The notes under the pieces: generated by a model
Seen by the model: only the letters and a program-made list of their open reading frames with translations
The model's database searches: none
What the model was told of the DNA's origin: nothing
In this document: positions 33,550-47,788 of the stretch, piece by piece
Layout: each line of letters starts with the position of its first letter
Position numbering within the stretch: the first letter of the stretch is position 1
Translations under genes and position numbers: made by a program
Assembly: GCA_049999805.1 (NCBI GenBank)
Contig: JBNGIO010006237.1
Location: 42,852-106,851 of the forward strand
Origin: Folioceros fuciformis
Lineage: Eukaryota
Length of the DNA: 64,000 bases
Direction of reading: 5' to 3'

Positions 33550-35560
33550 CTACCATGTCTTCATGAATGTTCTAAAGCTCCTGCAAATTTCTATTCCTCC
33601 TAGCTAAGTGTTTCATTCATTTTAACTTTGGTTGGCTTGAAAGGCGGTGCTACAGCAGATCCACTTGTTGAAGCTCTTTAAGTTGCCAAACATTTCTTGT
33701 TCACATCCACCACCTCATATAAGTAGTCTTCATCATCCTCTTCCCCTTCAAGTTCATGTTTTTCTTCGACATTGTTCAAAAAATTCATTTGTTGTGGAAA
33801 AAGAGAATGTTGTCGAATTTGTTTCCATTGCGTTTATTTGAAAATTTGAGTTGAATGCCCTTCGAAAACTTATTTTTTCCCACCCATGTCTAATCGTTTC
33901 CTACATCATGCAGGAAATCATCAAATGTTTTAAACATGATGTTTAAAAAGTGTGTCCATGCATTGAATAGCTACTCACACACCTTGGGCTTCAATGTGTT
34001 TCAGTACCCCTTTTCCACCTTTCTTCAGCTGCTCTTAAATAGTGGTAGCTATCCACTTGATGAACTCACATTTAAAAGCATGCTTCAAAAGGATGTTGAG
34101 CAATAACATCAGCAGGTTATAACTTGATGCACCTTATAACTTGCTGGTGCATCTAGCAGGAACAAAGAGCACATAGATCATGGGGTTTGTATTTTTAAGC
34201 CAATCACATAGATCATGGGGTTAGTATTTTTAAGCCAATCAAGGAACTGCTTACTTTTTTGAACACGCCAACAATCTATAATCCAAATAATATTTTGTTT
34301 TGTGCCTAATTGTAATATTTCCAACTACCTTTCATAGTAGGGGAATATATTCTTCACAAAGGTCTTTGATGACTCTAGTGTAGACCAATGTGTGTTGGAA
34401 TATGTTGACTAAAAACTTGCCTTCTCACATAGCTTAGCACTGTCATGTGCTATCATGTGCTTTGGAAATTTGGCCTACTTCTTGTTCCTATGAAAATGAT
34501 CTATAGTAGTATCAAGCAACCTATTGTGAACGAAGACACCATTGCAGTCATTTGTCTTTTGTCCTGCACCCTAAGCACTTTCATTTATTTTGTCCCCTTA
34601 ACCTCCCAAGTGCGCTCTCCCTTTGTAGGAAGCAAGTGGATTCCTGTTTGATCAGTCTTGATCACAAGTTTCGGTGGAACACCATATGCTCGTGATAAGT
34701 AAGTTGTTATATATGCCATCAATTTTCCTTCATATTCCCATGTTTCTAGAAACTTGGAAGCTGCTATAGTAGATGCTAGATAGGACCATAAGAGTTCCTT
34801 CTTCATGAACTTTCTTGTCCAATCAATGCTAACTACAAATGTTCCCTTTCCAAGGAGTTCAGGTGCCCTTACTTGAATTATATCTCTCAACATGGGTTAG
34901 ATAAGAGGAGCTACAATTGCTTGTCCCTTGTCCCTTAAACTTCTCAAAAAATCACCAAGCTCTTTCTTCAAAACAGGTATGCCTTCTAAAGGACCCATGT
35001 TGATGGTTGATGATTGTTGATTGATGTTGTTGATTTTTTACTAACTGCAAGCTTGTATGCAGGCTTCAACTCCCATGTCTTCGAGTCAAAGCAAGTGTAT
35101 AAGGACCCACTCGTGAGCTTAGTGTATGAGTTGTCCATTCTTAGCTTTCCATAGGCAGTCTTTAGAAAACAGAAAGCATTAGAAAAGTTTCTATGCTTTC
35201 TAACACTTGCTTCTATAGAAGGCTATAAAGGATCTTGAAACCAATTAGTATAAGGACCTCGTTTCTGGTGTCGAACTCCCTTGCCATCCTCTTCTTCTTG
35301 TTTCATCCTCTTCATAGGTAAAAGAACTGCCTCACAAGTTGTCTTGCGCAGCCTTTCTATAGGTCGGTTGACAAGTGTTGACTTCAATACTTGCTCTTGT
35401 GTGGCAGCTACACTTGTAATAAACAAGTGATTGTCTCTCATAATTTTCACAATTTTAGCATCCCTCTCTTCTCTTTCAATGTTCTGAAACATGGATGTAA
35501 ATAAAGATTGCTTACTGGCTACCATGTTTGATTGCTTGCAAAACACCAACTCTAACAAAA
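33550..35560 (-). mobile_element. Degenerate DDE transposase (pogo/Tc1-mariner, DDE_1-like)
   Basis: RGPYTNWF; YGVPPKLVIKTDQTGIHLLPTKGERTWEVKG; IIWIIDCWRVQ; VPARCTSKL...QPADV. Multiple disruptions and a ~37-bp internal duplication at ~34169-34242. Confidence 0.8.
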
Positions 35561-36589
35561 AAAGAAAGGCTCCAAGTAGGTAGTTCTTGTTTAAGAAACT
35601 AAAGTTAATTCATAAACCTAGCCCTAATCTTGGGAACTAGGTCTTGTTTACAGAAAAACAAAAGTTTGTTTGAGAAACTAGAAAATGTTTACCAAACTAG
35701 GGCTTATGTCAAACTAGAGCTATACCTACATGTCTTACATAATATTGAATGTTGAAATTTAATAAAATTATTTAAAATAAATATTAAAATTCTAAAAATA
35801 TGGATTCTGATGTTCAATCTCTAAGCTTTTTAAAAAATAATTATGTCGACATTACCCCGTTGAACCACCTCGTAGGGTATAGTATTCATAATTACATGGT
35901 TATTAGATATGATATTCACAAGCGATTGGTATGTATGTTGAGCAGTACCAATTCTATAATATTAAATCAAAAGTACTTCATTATCGTACTTGAAACTTTA
36001 TCTGATCACAATTACTTCATTATTGTGCTTCAAAACATCATCTAAATACTCATGTTTAAACATATTGAAGAATCAACTTATAAATAAATCAAATATGATT
36101 GTTGAATCTAACATAATAAATATAGTTGGCATAGAATGAACTTTGAATAGTATCAATTCCATTCCATGACACTAAAACAAAAACACTTTATTGCAATACT
36201 TCAAAAATGATGTATAAATTTCCATTTAAATGTATTGAAGGATCATATTCATAAACCTATCACATATGGTTGCTGAATATGACTTATTATAGGTTGCTAA
36301 CAAAAACTAATGGTACCAATTTTACGACATTGAATCAAAAGTACTTCTTCATTATACTTCAAAAGATTATTGTACTTCAAAGTATGGTATGATCATTCAA
36401 ATGCATTGAAGGATCACATTCAAAAACATATCATATATGGTTGTTGAATATGACCTATTAACTAATAACTAATATTACATATAATTTACATAACTTACTA
36501 ACTTACATATAACTAATATTAACACATAAATAATTAGTTCATTAGAGTTGATTTAATATACGATAAATTTGTGCTTGTAGATAAAGTAA

Positions 36590-37030
36590 TATCTTATACT
36601 TAACTCATTGGAGTTTGGTAGTTAAGTAATTCTCTAATCCTGTCACTATAGGAATGCCATCTATACTAGTCATCATTGATCACTCTTTGCTCATTATAGT
36701 TTGGTGGCTAAGCAATCGTCTAATCTCATCACCATACGATTGTCATCTATACTAGTTATACCTCATCACCCCTAGCTCTTTGCAATTTGGTGCTTAAGCA
36801 ATCCCTTACACCATACGATTGTCATCTATAATAGTTATACCTCATCACCCCTAGCTCATTGCAATTTGGTGCTTAAGCAATCCCTTACTCTCATTGCTTA
36901 GATAATAGGATATCTGTCATCTCTCATTACTCTTAGCTCATTGCAATTTGGTGCTTAAGCAATCCCTTACTCTCATTGCTTGGAGAATAGGATATATGTC
37001 ATCTCTCATTATTCTTAGCTCTAGTAGGAA
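36590..37030. repeat. ~80-bp degenerate tandem repeat (TAGCTCATTGCAATTTGGTGCTTAAGCAATCCCTTAC core)
   Basis: Near-identical units from ~36730 and ~36810; related units recur at ~38180-38350. Confidence 0.8.
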
Positions 37031-37069
37031 ATACATTGAGTGGGAAATACTTTATGGCTATACTTCAAA

Positions 37070-37662
37070 GAACCACATGTATTCAAAAGCGCTTCATGTA
37101 CTTCAAAGGAACATTTTTTGCACATGATTGTAATTCAAAGGATCACATAAAAGTGTTGAAGCATCACATTCAAAAGCACATCATAATTGTACTTGGAAGG
37201 ATCACATAAAAGTGTTGAAGCATCACATTCAAAAGCACATCATAATTGTACTTGGAAGGATCACATGAAAGTGTTGAAGCATCATAATCAAAAGCACTTC
37301 GTGATTGTACTTCGAAGGATCATATGCAAGTGTTGAAGCATCATAATCAAAAGCACGATTGTACTTCTTCGTGTACTTCGANNNNNNNNNNNNNNNNNNN
37401 NNNNNNNNNNNNNNNNNNNNNNNNNNNNNNNNNNNNNNNNNNNNNNNNNNNNNNNNNNNNNNNNNNNNNNNNNNNNNNNNNAAGCATCATAATCAAAAGC
37501 ACGATTGTACTTCTTCGTGTACTTCGAAGAATCATATGAAAGTGTAAAAGTATCACAATCAAAAGGACTTAATGATTGTACTTCAAAGAACTATATTAAA
37601 GTGTTAAATTATTACAATCAAAAGCAATTCATGAATGTACTTCGAAGGATCGCATGAAAGTT
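37070..37662. repeat. 59-bp satellite-like tandem array (AAAGTGTTGAAGCATCA.A.TCAAAAGCAC...TTGTACTTCGAAGGATCACAT), spans an N gap
   Basis: Exact 59-nt period at 37141/37200; degenerate relatives at ~35960-36450 and ~31550-32030. Confidence 0.85.
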
Positions 37663-39066
37663 TGAAAACTAGACAAGAACTATCATGTCAAGCAATGCAT
37701 AAGAGGGTGACCTCGCAAAGTCCTCATCCCACTATACGAAGCTAGAATAGTCGTCATAATGGCTCAACAATGCAACGTAATAAGACAAACGATTTGCAAA
37801 TTATCATATTTTGAACTTCATGGTTTTGCACAACGTTTCTTTAGGTGATTTTTCCACAAGGCCAAAAAAAATGTTTTACATTGGAGACACCTTTAGGAAA
37901 TTATTTCTCACTCAACATTCTTCAGCTACATTAGAACCCTTTGCAAAATATGATGTTATATGTGGAACTTATCTACACAAACTAAGAAGAACAATTGACT
38001 TAAGCCCTATAGGCCCAAAAATCTAGACAAAATATGCACAAACCTTCTTATTATATGCTTTGTTTCTATGCAATGAATCATGTTCAAAGTAGACAAGCTT
38101 TAAGGTGTGACATATTTGTGCCTATTGATTAAGCGACATCTTATTCTATGTCCTCCTTTGATGCGTGACACATAAATACTTAGCTCATTGGAGTTTGATG
38201 GTTAAGTAATCCTCTTATCTCATCGCTATAGATACGTCATCTATACCAGTCATCCCTGTCACTCCTAGCTAGTTAAAGATCGGCAGTTAAATAATCCTTT
38301 GGTCTCATTGTTGTTATGATAGGATACCTTTCTTCCCTCACTACTCCTAGATCTTGGTGGCCTTTGTAATCTAGAGTTATTCAAGGTCCCTCACTATAGG
38401 ATTTCTTTGTCTCACCTAGAAACAAGTCCCTATTGTTCCGAAACCTTATGGATCGTTGGTTAATGATCTTTCATTGACTAACCCTCGAGAGGGACTTTTT
38501 TCTGTAAAGGTTTGAACGGTATGAAGCCCTCCAAAAGATTATCTCAATTGTCTAGCTTATAAAGAGAGCAATTTATGTAAGAATAAGAAGCTCTACTTTA
38601 TGTATTGTCCTTTCTGAAAAAAATATGTTGTGAGGTTAGGCTAAACTCTAGGGCAGCAATGGATCACTCGTATTGTATTTTGTGGTTTTAGGAATTACTC
38701 TATTTACTAACTCAAATTTCTATCCATAATAATTGTAATCCAATATTAAGACTTCATAAAATATTATAGTCATGACTATTTACACTTGTCCCTAATGGAA
38801 ATATTTCATTGAAAGAATTGTGTACATAAACAAGAAAGTGTCATCCTCAACAAATGCGGACGGTGTTCACAGAATGTGGGAGTGCAACGGCTGGCTAATT
38901 TTGTCGTGGGATCCGTCTGATATTTCTTATATGACACCATAAAAGAGAGCCAGCCGTTTGCCATTCTGTCTTCCCGCTCCCTCGTTATTGTCGCCAAGTG
39001 AAATCTGAGAAGCACCGATTTGGCAGCGACAATAGCGCGTACGCACATTGCTCTTGAGAGATCGCT

Positions 39067-40472
39067 ATGGGTACTGCGTTGGAGTCTGCGTGGCTGGTTT
39101 TGACGAATAACTTTTCGGACTTTCAACTCGCTGCATTCGGGAGCTTCATCATACATGAAAGCGTGTTCTTCCTGTCTGGCTTACCCTACCTTCTGATGGA
39201 GACGTGGGGCCTGCAAAAGTATAAGATCCAGGTCTGTTTCCTCTTTTCCGTGTTCGGCGCAATGTCGTAGTCGATGTCGGGCTTTTCCCAGTTTTGACGC
39301 CAGGCATTTTTGTGAGGCTTGCGTATTGGTCCCTGTTGCATCTACAGCCAAAGATGAATACTCCAGCTGCACAAGAAAAGTGCATTGTCCGTTTGCTTCT
39401 GTATCACTTTGGAGTTAATCTACCGGTCATGGTGGCCTCCTACCCAGTTTTTAAGTATATGGGTTTCAGAAGTACACTGCCCCTGCCCTCATGGTGAAGT
39501 AACCCTCCATCAACTTCTCTGACGTTTCCAAAAATTTCGATCTCGTGCTTGACCTGCGAGTGATGTTTACGAGGTTTTGTAGGTCGACCATCTGCTTTCA
39601 AATCGCTGCATATTTTATTCTGGAGGACTTCATTTTTTACTGGGGTCACAGAGTCCTTCATACCAAGTGGCTCTACAAGCATGTTCACAGCGTCCACCAT
39701 GAGTGAGTCCATCGTGTTGAGCACTCTTCGTTAATTTGGACTGTCTGACCAGGAATTTGGCTTGTGTAATCCTAATCGAATGTACATGAATCTTGGCTTA
39801 TAGCTTTGGATGTGAACCCCCAAGATCTGATCTGTGATGGTCTTGACAATTTGGTCTCTGTAGGTATGCTACTCCATTTGGATTGACGTCAGAATATGCT
39901 CACCCTGCTGAGATCCTTTTTCTGGGTTTTGCAACCATCTTTGGGCCTGCGATCACGGGTCCCCACCTGCTTACTCTATGGCTGTGGATGAGCGTCCGAG
40001 TTTTAGAGACCGTTGAAGCTCATTGTGGATATGACTTCCCTTGGAGCCTGTCAAGATTCCTACCGATATATGGCGGGTGGGTTTTGTCTGGAACCTTGCA
40101 GTGGTCGGGGCTTGTGTGTTGATCCCGTCTAATGTGGAATGTGTGAGCAGGGCGGATTTTCATGACTATCACCACCGGCTTCTCTATACGAAATCTGGAA
40201 ATTATGCATCAACTTTCACTTACATGGACTGGTAGGTTCTTGTCTTGTCCATGGGTTTTGATATGACTGGACTGCAACGGTATGCAGAGAAGCACATCAT
40301 TTTGTAGTTCGGTTGTGTGTGTGTTTTCGAGTTTTATCCTGTGATGCTGTTCATGACGGCGTGTGCAACTCTTGTGTCCTCCTGTAGGCTCTTTGGCACA
40401 GATAAGGGTTACCGCAAATTAAAGGCGATCGCAAAGAAAAAGGAAGGTGAAAGTGCTACAAAGAGCTGCTGA
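39067..40472 (+). CDS. SMO2: Methylsterol monooxygenase 2 (sterol C4-methyl oxidase)
   Basis: FSDFQLAAFGSFIIHESVFFLSGLP, EDFIFYWGHRVLHTKWLYKHVHSVHHEYATPFGLTSEYAHPAE, EAHCGYDFPWS, DFHDYHHRLLYTKSGNY His boxes. Confidence 0.95.
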
Positions 40473-41658
40473 TGGATCGAGAACATGATAATGACGCTCG
40501 CCCGAGTGCTGCCAGTGTTGCGTACAGTGTCGGTCGCTTCCAACAGTTTCCTGGAACTCAGAATCGGCTTTGGAATGCTCACTATGATGCGAGGTGTTTC
40601 TTTCGGAGAACGCATCTACTGCGGACTCACGAACTCCCTGGGCAACACCAAATCTGAGCGGCTCACGGTTGTCAGGGATAGTCTTGCAAATGACGGGATC
40701 GTTGGCCAAGGAAGTTGCCTTGCGACACGTCCTACACCAGGAAACATCCGATCAAACAAATGTTTGAGAGGCATTTTCGCCAAGAAAGCTTTATTTGTGA
40801 CAATGTGATCTGGTTACTGGAACTTGTAAATGGGTCATCCAAATGTGTAGGGTCCTGTGGGCTTAGACAGTAGTATACAGGCGGCCTTTAAGACTGCTGG
40901 ACAGATACTACTGTGATCTTCTAGCAATCCATACCCTGTCGAGAACAAACTTGGTGGATGAGAAATGATAAGATTGTTACTTATACCCTGCAAAGGACAT
41001 AACCCTACATTTCATGGAGATGAAATATTTAATTTATGATTTCTCACTATAGGGGACTTCATTATAAATAGAATTGGGAAGAAATAAACTATTTCTCTGT
41101 CTCCTAAACCCCCCGAGTCCAACGTGAGGAAGGATGAAAAAGAGGATGACGCATGACAGCCCTCGCTCAGAGCCCCTCAGCGAAGCCTGGAAGAAACCGT
41201 CCGCAACGAAAACGAGGGTTCGTGTCCTGGTCCGCGCACCTCACTGCCGGTCCAGCGGATCCTTTAGACACAGACTTTGTGCATTTTAATATTTTGACCC
41301 TACGATGCCATTCACTCCCACGAATTTCCTGGGGGACGATTCACTTCCTCGAATTTTCTGGAGGAACTTAGCCAAGGAGGGGCTGTAGTCGATGGATTAA
41401 TCTCTCAAGCAAAGTTTTGCTGCACGGAGTCTGCTAAATCAGCTGTAGCGCATCCACCATCCCTCGGTATCACTGGCAAAGGATCTCGTTTAACAAGGGA
41501 CTCGTTCCGTTGGACGACATGTGTGACCTGGAGCCGCATTGTCACCACTCGTGACAGCTCAAATTGGAGAACCCGCCTGCTGACGCCGTCGGGAGATTTC
41601 TCTTCAGGCGCGGGTGCTGTCGAGGAATTTCGATTCGGCCAAACGTTTCCGATCCACA

Positions 41659-44600
41659 ATGTCAGGGTACAGGAGGCCTGCAGACACTTACAAACAAACT
41701 GGTCCAACGTCGACCAGACCTGCATCTGCGAGCGGTGGTATGAAGGTCGTGAATACCCCATCCGTCGAGCTCGCGCTCACCAATTGTGCATACTGCTCTA
41801 ACCACGATTTCGAGTACTTTGCGACCCGAGATCAAAGGCAGGCGCTGGCGTTGGTGAACAACAATTTGGTTCTGAGTGTGCAATATCCATCCTCACAAGT
41901 GGCATGTCGTCTTTCAATATTTTTCGCCTGCCTCAATTTTGTAGCGTCACTGTGATGGATACGGAAGTATGCATTTTTGTTGTCAGTTACGGTTTGCTGG
42001 CTGGACTCTGTTGATTGCACCATCTTGCACTTCTTTGATGCTGCGGAAGTGCGGTGTGATCGAAATTGGGAGAAGCACGTACTCCGAATTTTGGAAATGA
42101 TGTTGCACCTTGACGGCAAGCTGCACTGCTCATGAGGCCGTCCAGGATGGTCAGTTCGCCCTAAATGCTGTCCAGCGCCGGAACCTTATGGTGTCAACAG
42201 GGGATTCGTTGACAGTCGCCAGGTTAGCGCTGAAGCTGGGCATGGCATCTCATAGATGCTTTTGATTGTTGCCGTGAAGCATGAGGAAGCTCCTGTAAAA
42301 AGATTCAGATGACTATTGAGTCAGCTTCAGGTTCCACTTGCAGGGATGCCCCCGTCCACTTCACTGGAATCTGATGGACTGCATTGTGTTTCAGGTTTAT
42401 ACCCGCAGAGTCCAACTTCAAATTGGTTGTCCTTACCACAGAACTGGAATTCTTCAAACATCGTCCAGGAAAGAACGAGCAGGTTAGACTGATGATGGTG
42501 TTTCTGGCAGCTGAAGTACGTACAAGGTTGGGACTTTGCTTCACAAGCCGTGGGAGTGTTTTTCACTGATATGATGTTTTGCAGCTCGATGCCAATGTTT
42601 TGTCTGCAGAAGTTCAAAGGAGATTTGCGGGGCAGGTGTGGTGCTTGTTTGCTGGCAGCTTGTCGATTTCTGTGTTCTGCTCCAGAGGGTCACCAGCGAT
42701 TTGATGTGACTAGAGTTGGCTACTTGCAGGTCTTCACCGTGGGACAAAAGCTGTCATTTGAGTACGTCGGGACGAACTATGTCCTTGCAGTGGTGCAGAC
42801 TATTGTGGAAGGTCAACTGGACACAGATTCCTCTACCCGAGGACTTTTGACCAAAGAAACAACTGTTCTCTTTGAAACGCCAAGTAATTCTGGCATAAAG
42901 GTGAGCATGGTCTGTTGGGGAATGTTCAGGAGATCATGGGATCATCAAAGCAATGCGTGTGCAGATCTTGTACACTAAACAAGCTGATCCTTACATCTGC
43001 CCCGTTGAGCTCGTGCTGCTCTGTGCTCCAGATTTTGAATCAGCGCGGAGGTTCAGCAACTAATCTGTTCAAGTCCAAAGAAATCAATTTCACAAAGCTG
43101 GGGATTGGTGGCCTTGATGCAGAATTTGCTGATATTTTTCGAAGGGCATTTGCATCCAGGGTTTTTCCCCCACATGTGATCAGCAAGTAAGAAATTGAGG
43201 TTTTTGTTGTTGGATATCATCCCAGTTGCTTGTGGCTCTAGTTCATCAAGGCTTCTACTTTCTGGGATGAATACTTTCCTGAATATCTGTTGTGCATGGT
43301 GAGACTGGCTAGGGATAAAAGTTAGTAGCTGTTGTCTGGCTGCTTAGGTTGGGTATAAGCCACGTGAAGGGACTCTTACTTTTTGGGCCCCCTGGTACGG
43401 GAAAGACCCTTATTGCCCGACAGATAGGGAAGATGTTAAACGGCCGTGAACCAAAGGTACTGAAACATTGGGCTGTATTCTATTGGATGTCAACCAGTCC
43501 AAGGTGGCTGATGTGTAGACTAAATCAAATTTTTTCTTGAGGTCTTGTGGTGCATATGTGTGAGATGTATGGCAAGTGATGTTCAATCAATTTGTACAAT
43601 CTGCAGGTTGTCAATGGCCCTGAAGTCCTTAGCAAGTTTGTTGGCGAGACAGAGAAGAATGTGAGGGATCTGTTTGCAGATGCAGAGAGTGATCAGAGGA
43701 CGCGTGGTATGTATTTAGTGGTTTCCTATTGGGACGTGGAAGTAACACTCCATGTTGTTGGGTTTGTTTGATCTTGATAGCTGTGCTCAGTTTGTCTCAT
43801 CGTATATGTCTACAGGTGAACAGAGTGACTTACATATTATCATTTTTGATGAAATTGATGCGATATGCAAGGTTCCCTTTCCCTACCCAACCCTGACATC
43901 CCTTTTTGCGCTTCATGTGGGGAAGACTGGTGATCTATGTTCCTTTGTCTAGACGGGGGAAGTGCTAACATCCTATTCCTTGTCAGGCTCGAGGATCAAC
44001 TAGAGATGGCACAGGGGTGCACGATAGCATCGTAAACCAACTTCTGACCAAGGTACTATCAGATCGTCTGTGTTGTCGTATGCTCAGATACTCTGCTTCT
44101 CTTTGGCTGTGGTCGTTTCTATGGGACTTGATATTCTTGAGGAACTTTACAATCCCATGTCTGTGCTTATCGTGAGGTGCTCTCAGATTGATGGAGTGGA
44201 GGCCTTGAACAATATCCTTCTTATTGGAATGACAAACAGGAAAGATCTGCTCGATGAAGCTCTGCTACGGTAAGACATGGATAGAACTTCAGATGTTCCA
44301 ACTAACGTGATAATTTCGGTGGAACGTGGATGTGAATCTGCTGCACGGATGTAGTGATGCCTTTGGCCAAGCAGTTGACCGTTTCCTCACTATCTCCCTG
44401 GGTAATAGTTGAATACAAAATGATGTACAGGCCCGGCCGTCTGGAGGTGCAAATTGAAATAGGACTGCCAGACGAAAAAGGACGTCTTCAGATACTTTCA
44501 ATACACTCGAATCGAATGCGAGAGAGCTCCTTTCTTGCTGCAGATGTCAGTCTGGAGGAACTGGGTAAGTCCCACACACTCATGTTGGCATCATATGTCC

Positions 44601-46392
44601 AAATGAGGACCTCTTTTAACGACTGCGCTTATTACTATTTGTCCTAAGCAGTTCTGCAAGTTTACTGATTGACAAACAATTGTGATCTGCATTGAGTGTG
44701 ACATCTTGTGCTTCCATTCTCAGCTGCTCGAACGAAGAATTTCAGTGGAGCTGAGCTAGAAGGTCTGGTGAAAAGTGCAGTATCATTTGCCCTTAATCGG
44801 CAAGTGAATGTCAATGACTTGTCCAAACCCCTGGATGAGGACAACATCAAAGTTACCATGGACGATTTTATTAGTGCTCTCCAGGAAGTAGAGCCGGCGT
44901 TTGGAGCTGCCATCAATACACTAGATTTGTGCAGGTTTGAATTCTAATGGGGTTCTAAATATCACAGTTTACCGCTCATAGGTTGCATTTTATCACTGTT
45001 ATAAATATTTCTGACATTTCTTGTTATGCATAACAGGGTCAATGGGATGCTAGACTGCGGTGATGAGCATTCTCACATTCAACGGGTAGTGATGACCCTA
45101 GTTGAACAGGTCAAGAGCAGGACTCCTCTTGTGACTTGCCTGCTTGAGGGGCCAAGCGGAAGGTATGCTAAAATTGGACTGAGGCAACTGGCTTTTGTCA
45201 AATGGGCTAGGTTAAAGCATTGGACTGTATTTGTATGTGCAGTGGGAAGACGGCTTTGGCAGCTACGATTGCAATCGACAGTGATTATCCTTTTGTGAAA
45301 GTCGTAAGTGTCAATTGGTTTCAAAGATTATTATCTCCAGTAAGCTTTAAGAACACATAGGACAGTTAACATGGATTTAAATGCTGTGCCGCAGATTTCA
45401 GCTGCAACCATGATTGGATTGTCAGAACATAGCAAGTGTGGAATAATTGCGAAGGTACGATTCTGAGTTTGGTGGCTTGTCTTTTGTGTTCGCAAGTTGC
45501 AAAGACTGTAAACTGACGACGGTGCTGATTAAACTGTGTATGTATAGGTCTTCGATGACGCGTACAAGTCTCCTTTGAGCATCATCATCATTGATGAAAT
45601 TGAGAGGTAAGTGCGGATGGCTGAAATTTATTTTAATCGGAGCCAAAACGGAAGTGCATGATGAGATGTTCATGGTCTCGATACCTCGGCAGGTTAATTG
45701 AGTACGTGGATATTGGACCTCGCTTCTCGAATCTTATTCTGCAGGCAATTCTAGAACTTGTAAAACGCATCCCACCGAAGGTAGCTACGTGACGAGCCTT
45801 TAGAAGTCCTGCTTTTCAATTGGATGCTGTGAAGTTTGTCTGACTTCTACGTATGCCGGAGAAAACCTCAGGGAAGGAAGCTACTCGTCATTGGTACAAC
45901 GAGCGTTGTCCACGTCATGGAGTCGTTAGGTGTGGTTGGGGCTTTCAACGTGCAGCTAAATGTTCCCAATCTGCGCCAGAAAGACATAAAGTTGGTAGGG
46001 TTTGATTTCCTTTTCACTCTTGACTCGATGTAAGGTGCAGCCGGCTTCTTGCTCTATATCTGACATGGCCCATGGCAACATTTCAGGTATTGTCAGGTCT
46101 CAATGTCTTTGCAGCTCAAGATCTGGACTCAGCAGTGGACGCTTTGCCCAACGAGGTATATGTCGATTCGGCCCTCGATCTTTGTACATGAATGAGTTTG
46201 AGAGGGAGTCATGCACTGTTGTCTGAGTTGTGTGGGTGGAGAATTGGCTCTTCGCAGGTACCTGTGAAGAAGTTGCTGATGCTCGTGGAGATGGCTGCGA
46301 GTGGGAAGGAAGGAGAGGCCGATGCGATATATTCGGGCCAATCAAAACTCAGTTTAAGCCGCTTTTACGACTGTCTCCGGGACTTCTTTTAG
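41659..46392 (+). CDS. NSF: Vesicle-fusing AAA+ ATPase NSF/Sec18
   Basis: [92 protein letters not shown]2 GPSGSGKT. Confidence 0.97.
41883..42126 (+). other. AT-AC (U12-type) intron 1 of NSF
   Basis: 5' ATATCC, branch CCTTGAC at 42108-42114, 3' AC. Splicing gives [24 protein letters not shown] in frame. Confidence 0.85.
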
Positions 46393-47788
46393 TTTCCAAC
46401 GTGGACTGGGACTGGGTCTGGGAATGAGTCCTCACACTTGAGGTGACTTTTATGCATGGACCATTGCAGCGAGACGTGGGAGGACACAGTCCACTTGAAA
46501 CAGATTTACGGCTCGCTAACATCAGCACGTTAGACTTCCGTGCCATGCAGATACGGCACGCTAGCTGGCGATCACGCAGCTGCGCATACGTCTCCCAGAC
46601 GCTTGGTTGCTTCCACGCAGTTGGTTGCAACGATGGGCGCATTGCACAGTGCAGCTTCCCAGATTGGTGGTGCGTATTGCAATCTGCACGTCAGGGTCGT
46701 CCCCTTGTGATGGCGCCTATGAAATGTAGTCGTAGGATCGAGGAAATGTGGTAGGTAGACGAGCGTCCTTGAAGCCTGTGAGCCTCGGGGGACGCACCTT
46801 TCTGGAACCTGCCCAGCATCAGCATAAGTCAGGACAAGTATGATGACGAGAGCGGGATGATACTCCCGGGCCCACCTGCGTGGCACGTGCGAACCTCATC
46901 CCGGCCTGGGCGTTTGGGCGGTAGGAGGGGAACTTGTCATCTGCCGTCATCCGCATCCGCCAGCCTATGCAAGTACATACATGCATACATAGATGTATGT
47001 ACATACATGGAGTTTTGTACATAGCCAGTCCACGAATGTTATCCGTCCGTAACTACCTACTGCACGACAACATAGAGCCAGCTGTCAACCAGCTTGACGG
47101 TGACGGCGGCGTCCATGGAGGGACCTAAAGGCTCCGTATTTAAGTAGCGAGTCTCCCCGAAAACAGGGCCCGTGTCGGGACTCCCCGTAAATAGGGCCTG
47201 TCCGGTAGACACTTAAAGGTAGCCGAGCCTCGCCATTCGACAGCAACTTCAAGGAAAAAAAAACATGCTTTCGGAAAATCTGCTACCTGGGAATTGGGGC
47301 TCATGTTCTTAGCTTCGCACTCGCAGAAGAGCCAGAACTAGGCACAAACTGCCATTGGAATCTCCAGCTACACCAGGCGCATACACCACCTGAATTCTTC
47401 CCTCCACCGAAAGGAGACAAACGCTTCCCCTAATGCGATGCGATTCACCAGTCGCCGCACACCACTTCCAAGTTATTATCCATTCACCTCACTTGAACCT
47501 CACGACACGACCTAAACACCACTACTCTGAACAAACGACGGCAGCTGTGTGTGTGCCAAGATCGGGGCTCACGGCACAGTTACGAGCAAGGATTGTCAGG
47601 GACGAACTTCCAAATTGTCACGCATTCACCACATCTGAACATTTACAATTTGTGAACACACGTGGCTCATGAACCATTCTAAATCATCGGCAGCAGCCAT
47701 CTGCAGAAAGAGCCCTTGGGGCAAGGCAACCGTGTCTTACGTAGGGCAGCAGAGACAGGACTTCACGCACTCTGAAAACGTAGAATCC

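Noticed and set aside
33550-35560. The DDE transposase as the mobiliser of the TATGG elements
   Set aside because: Its motifs are pogo/Tc1-mariner-like, a group that duplicates TA. The TATGG elements show 6-bp TSDs, and I found no TATGGAATAC ends around this transposase.
46965-47025. TACATACATGTATG-type quasi-palindromic tracts (also ~4580-4730, ~9370-9400, ~50985-51075)
   Set aside because: Low-complexity purine-pyrimidine alternating sequence without defined ends or TSDs.
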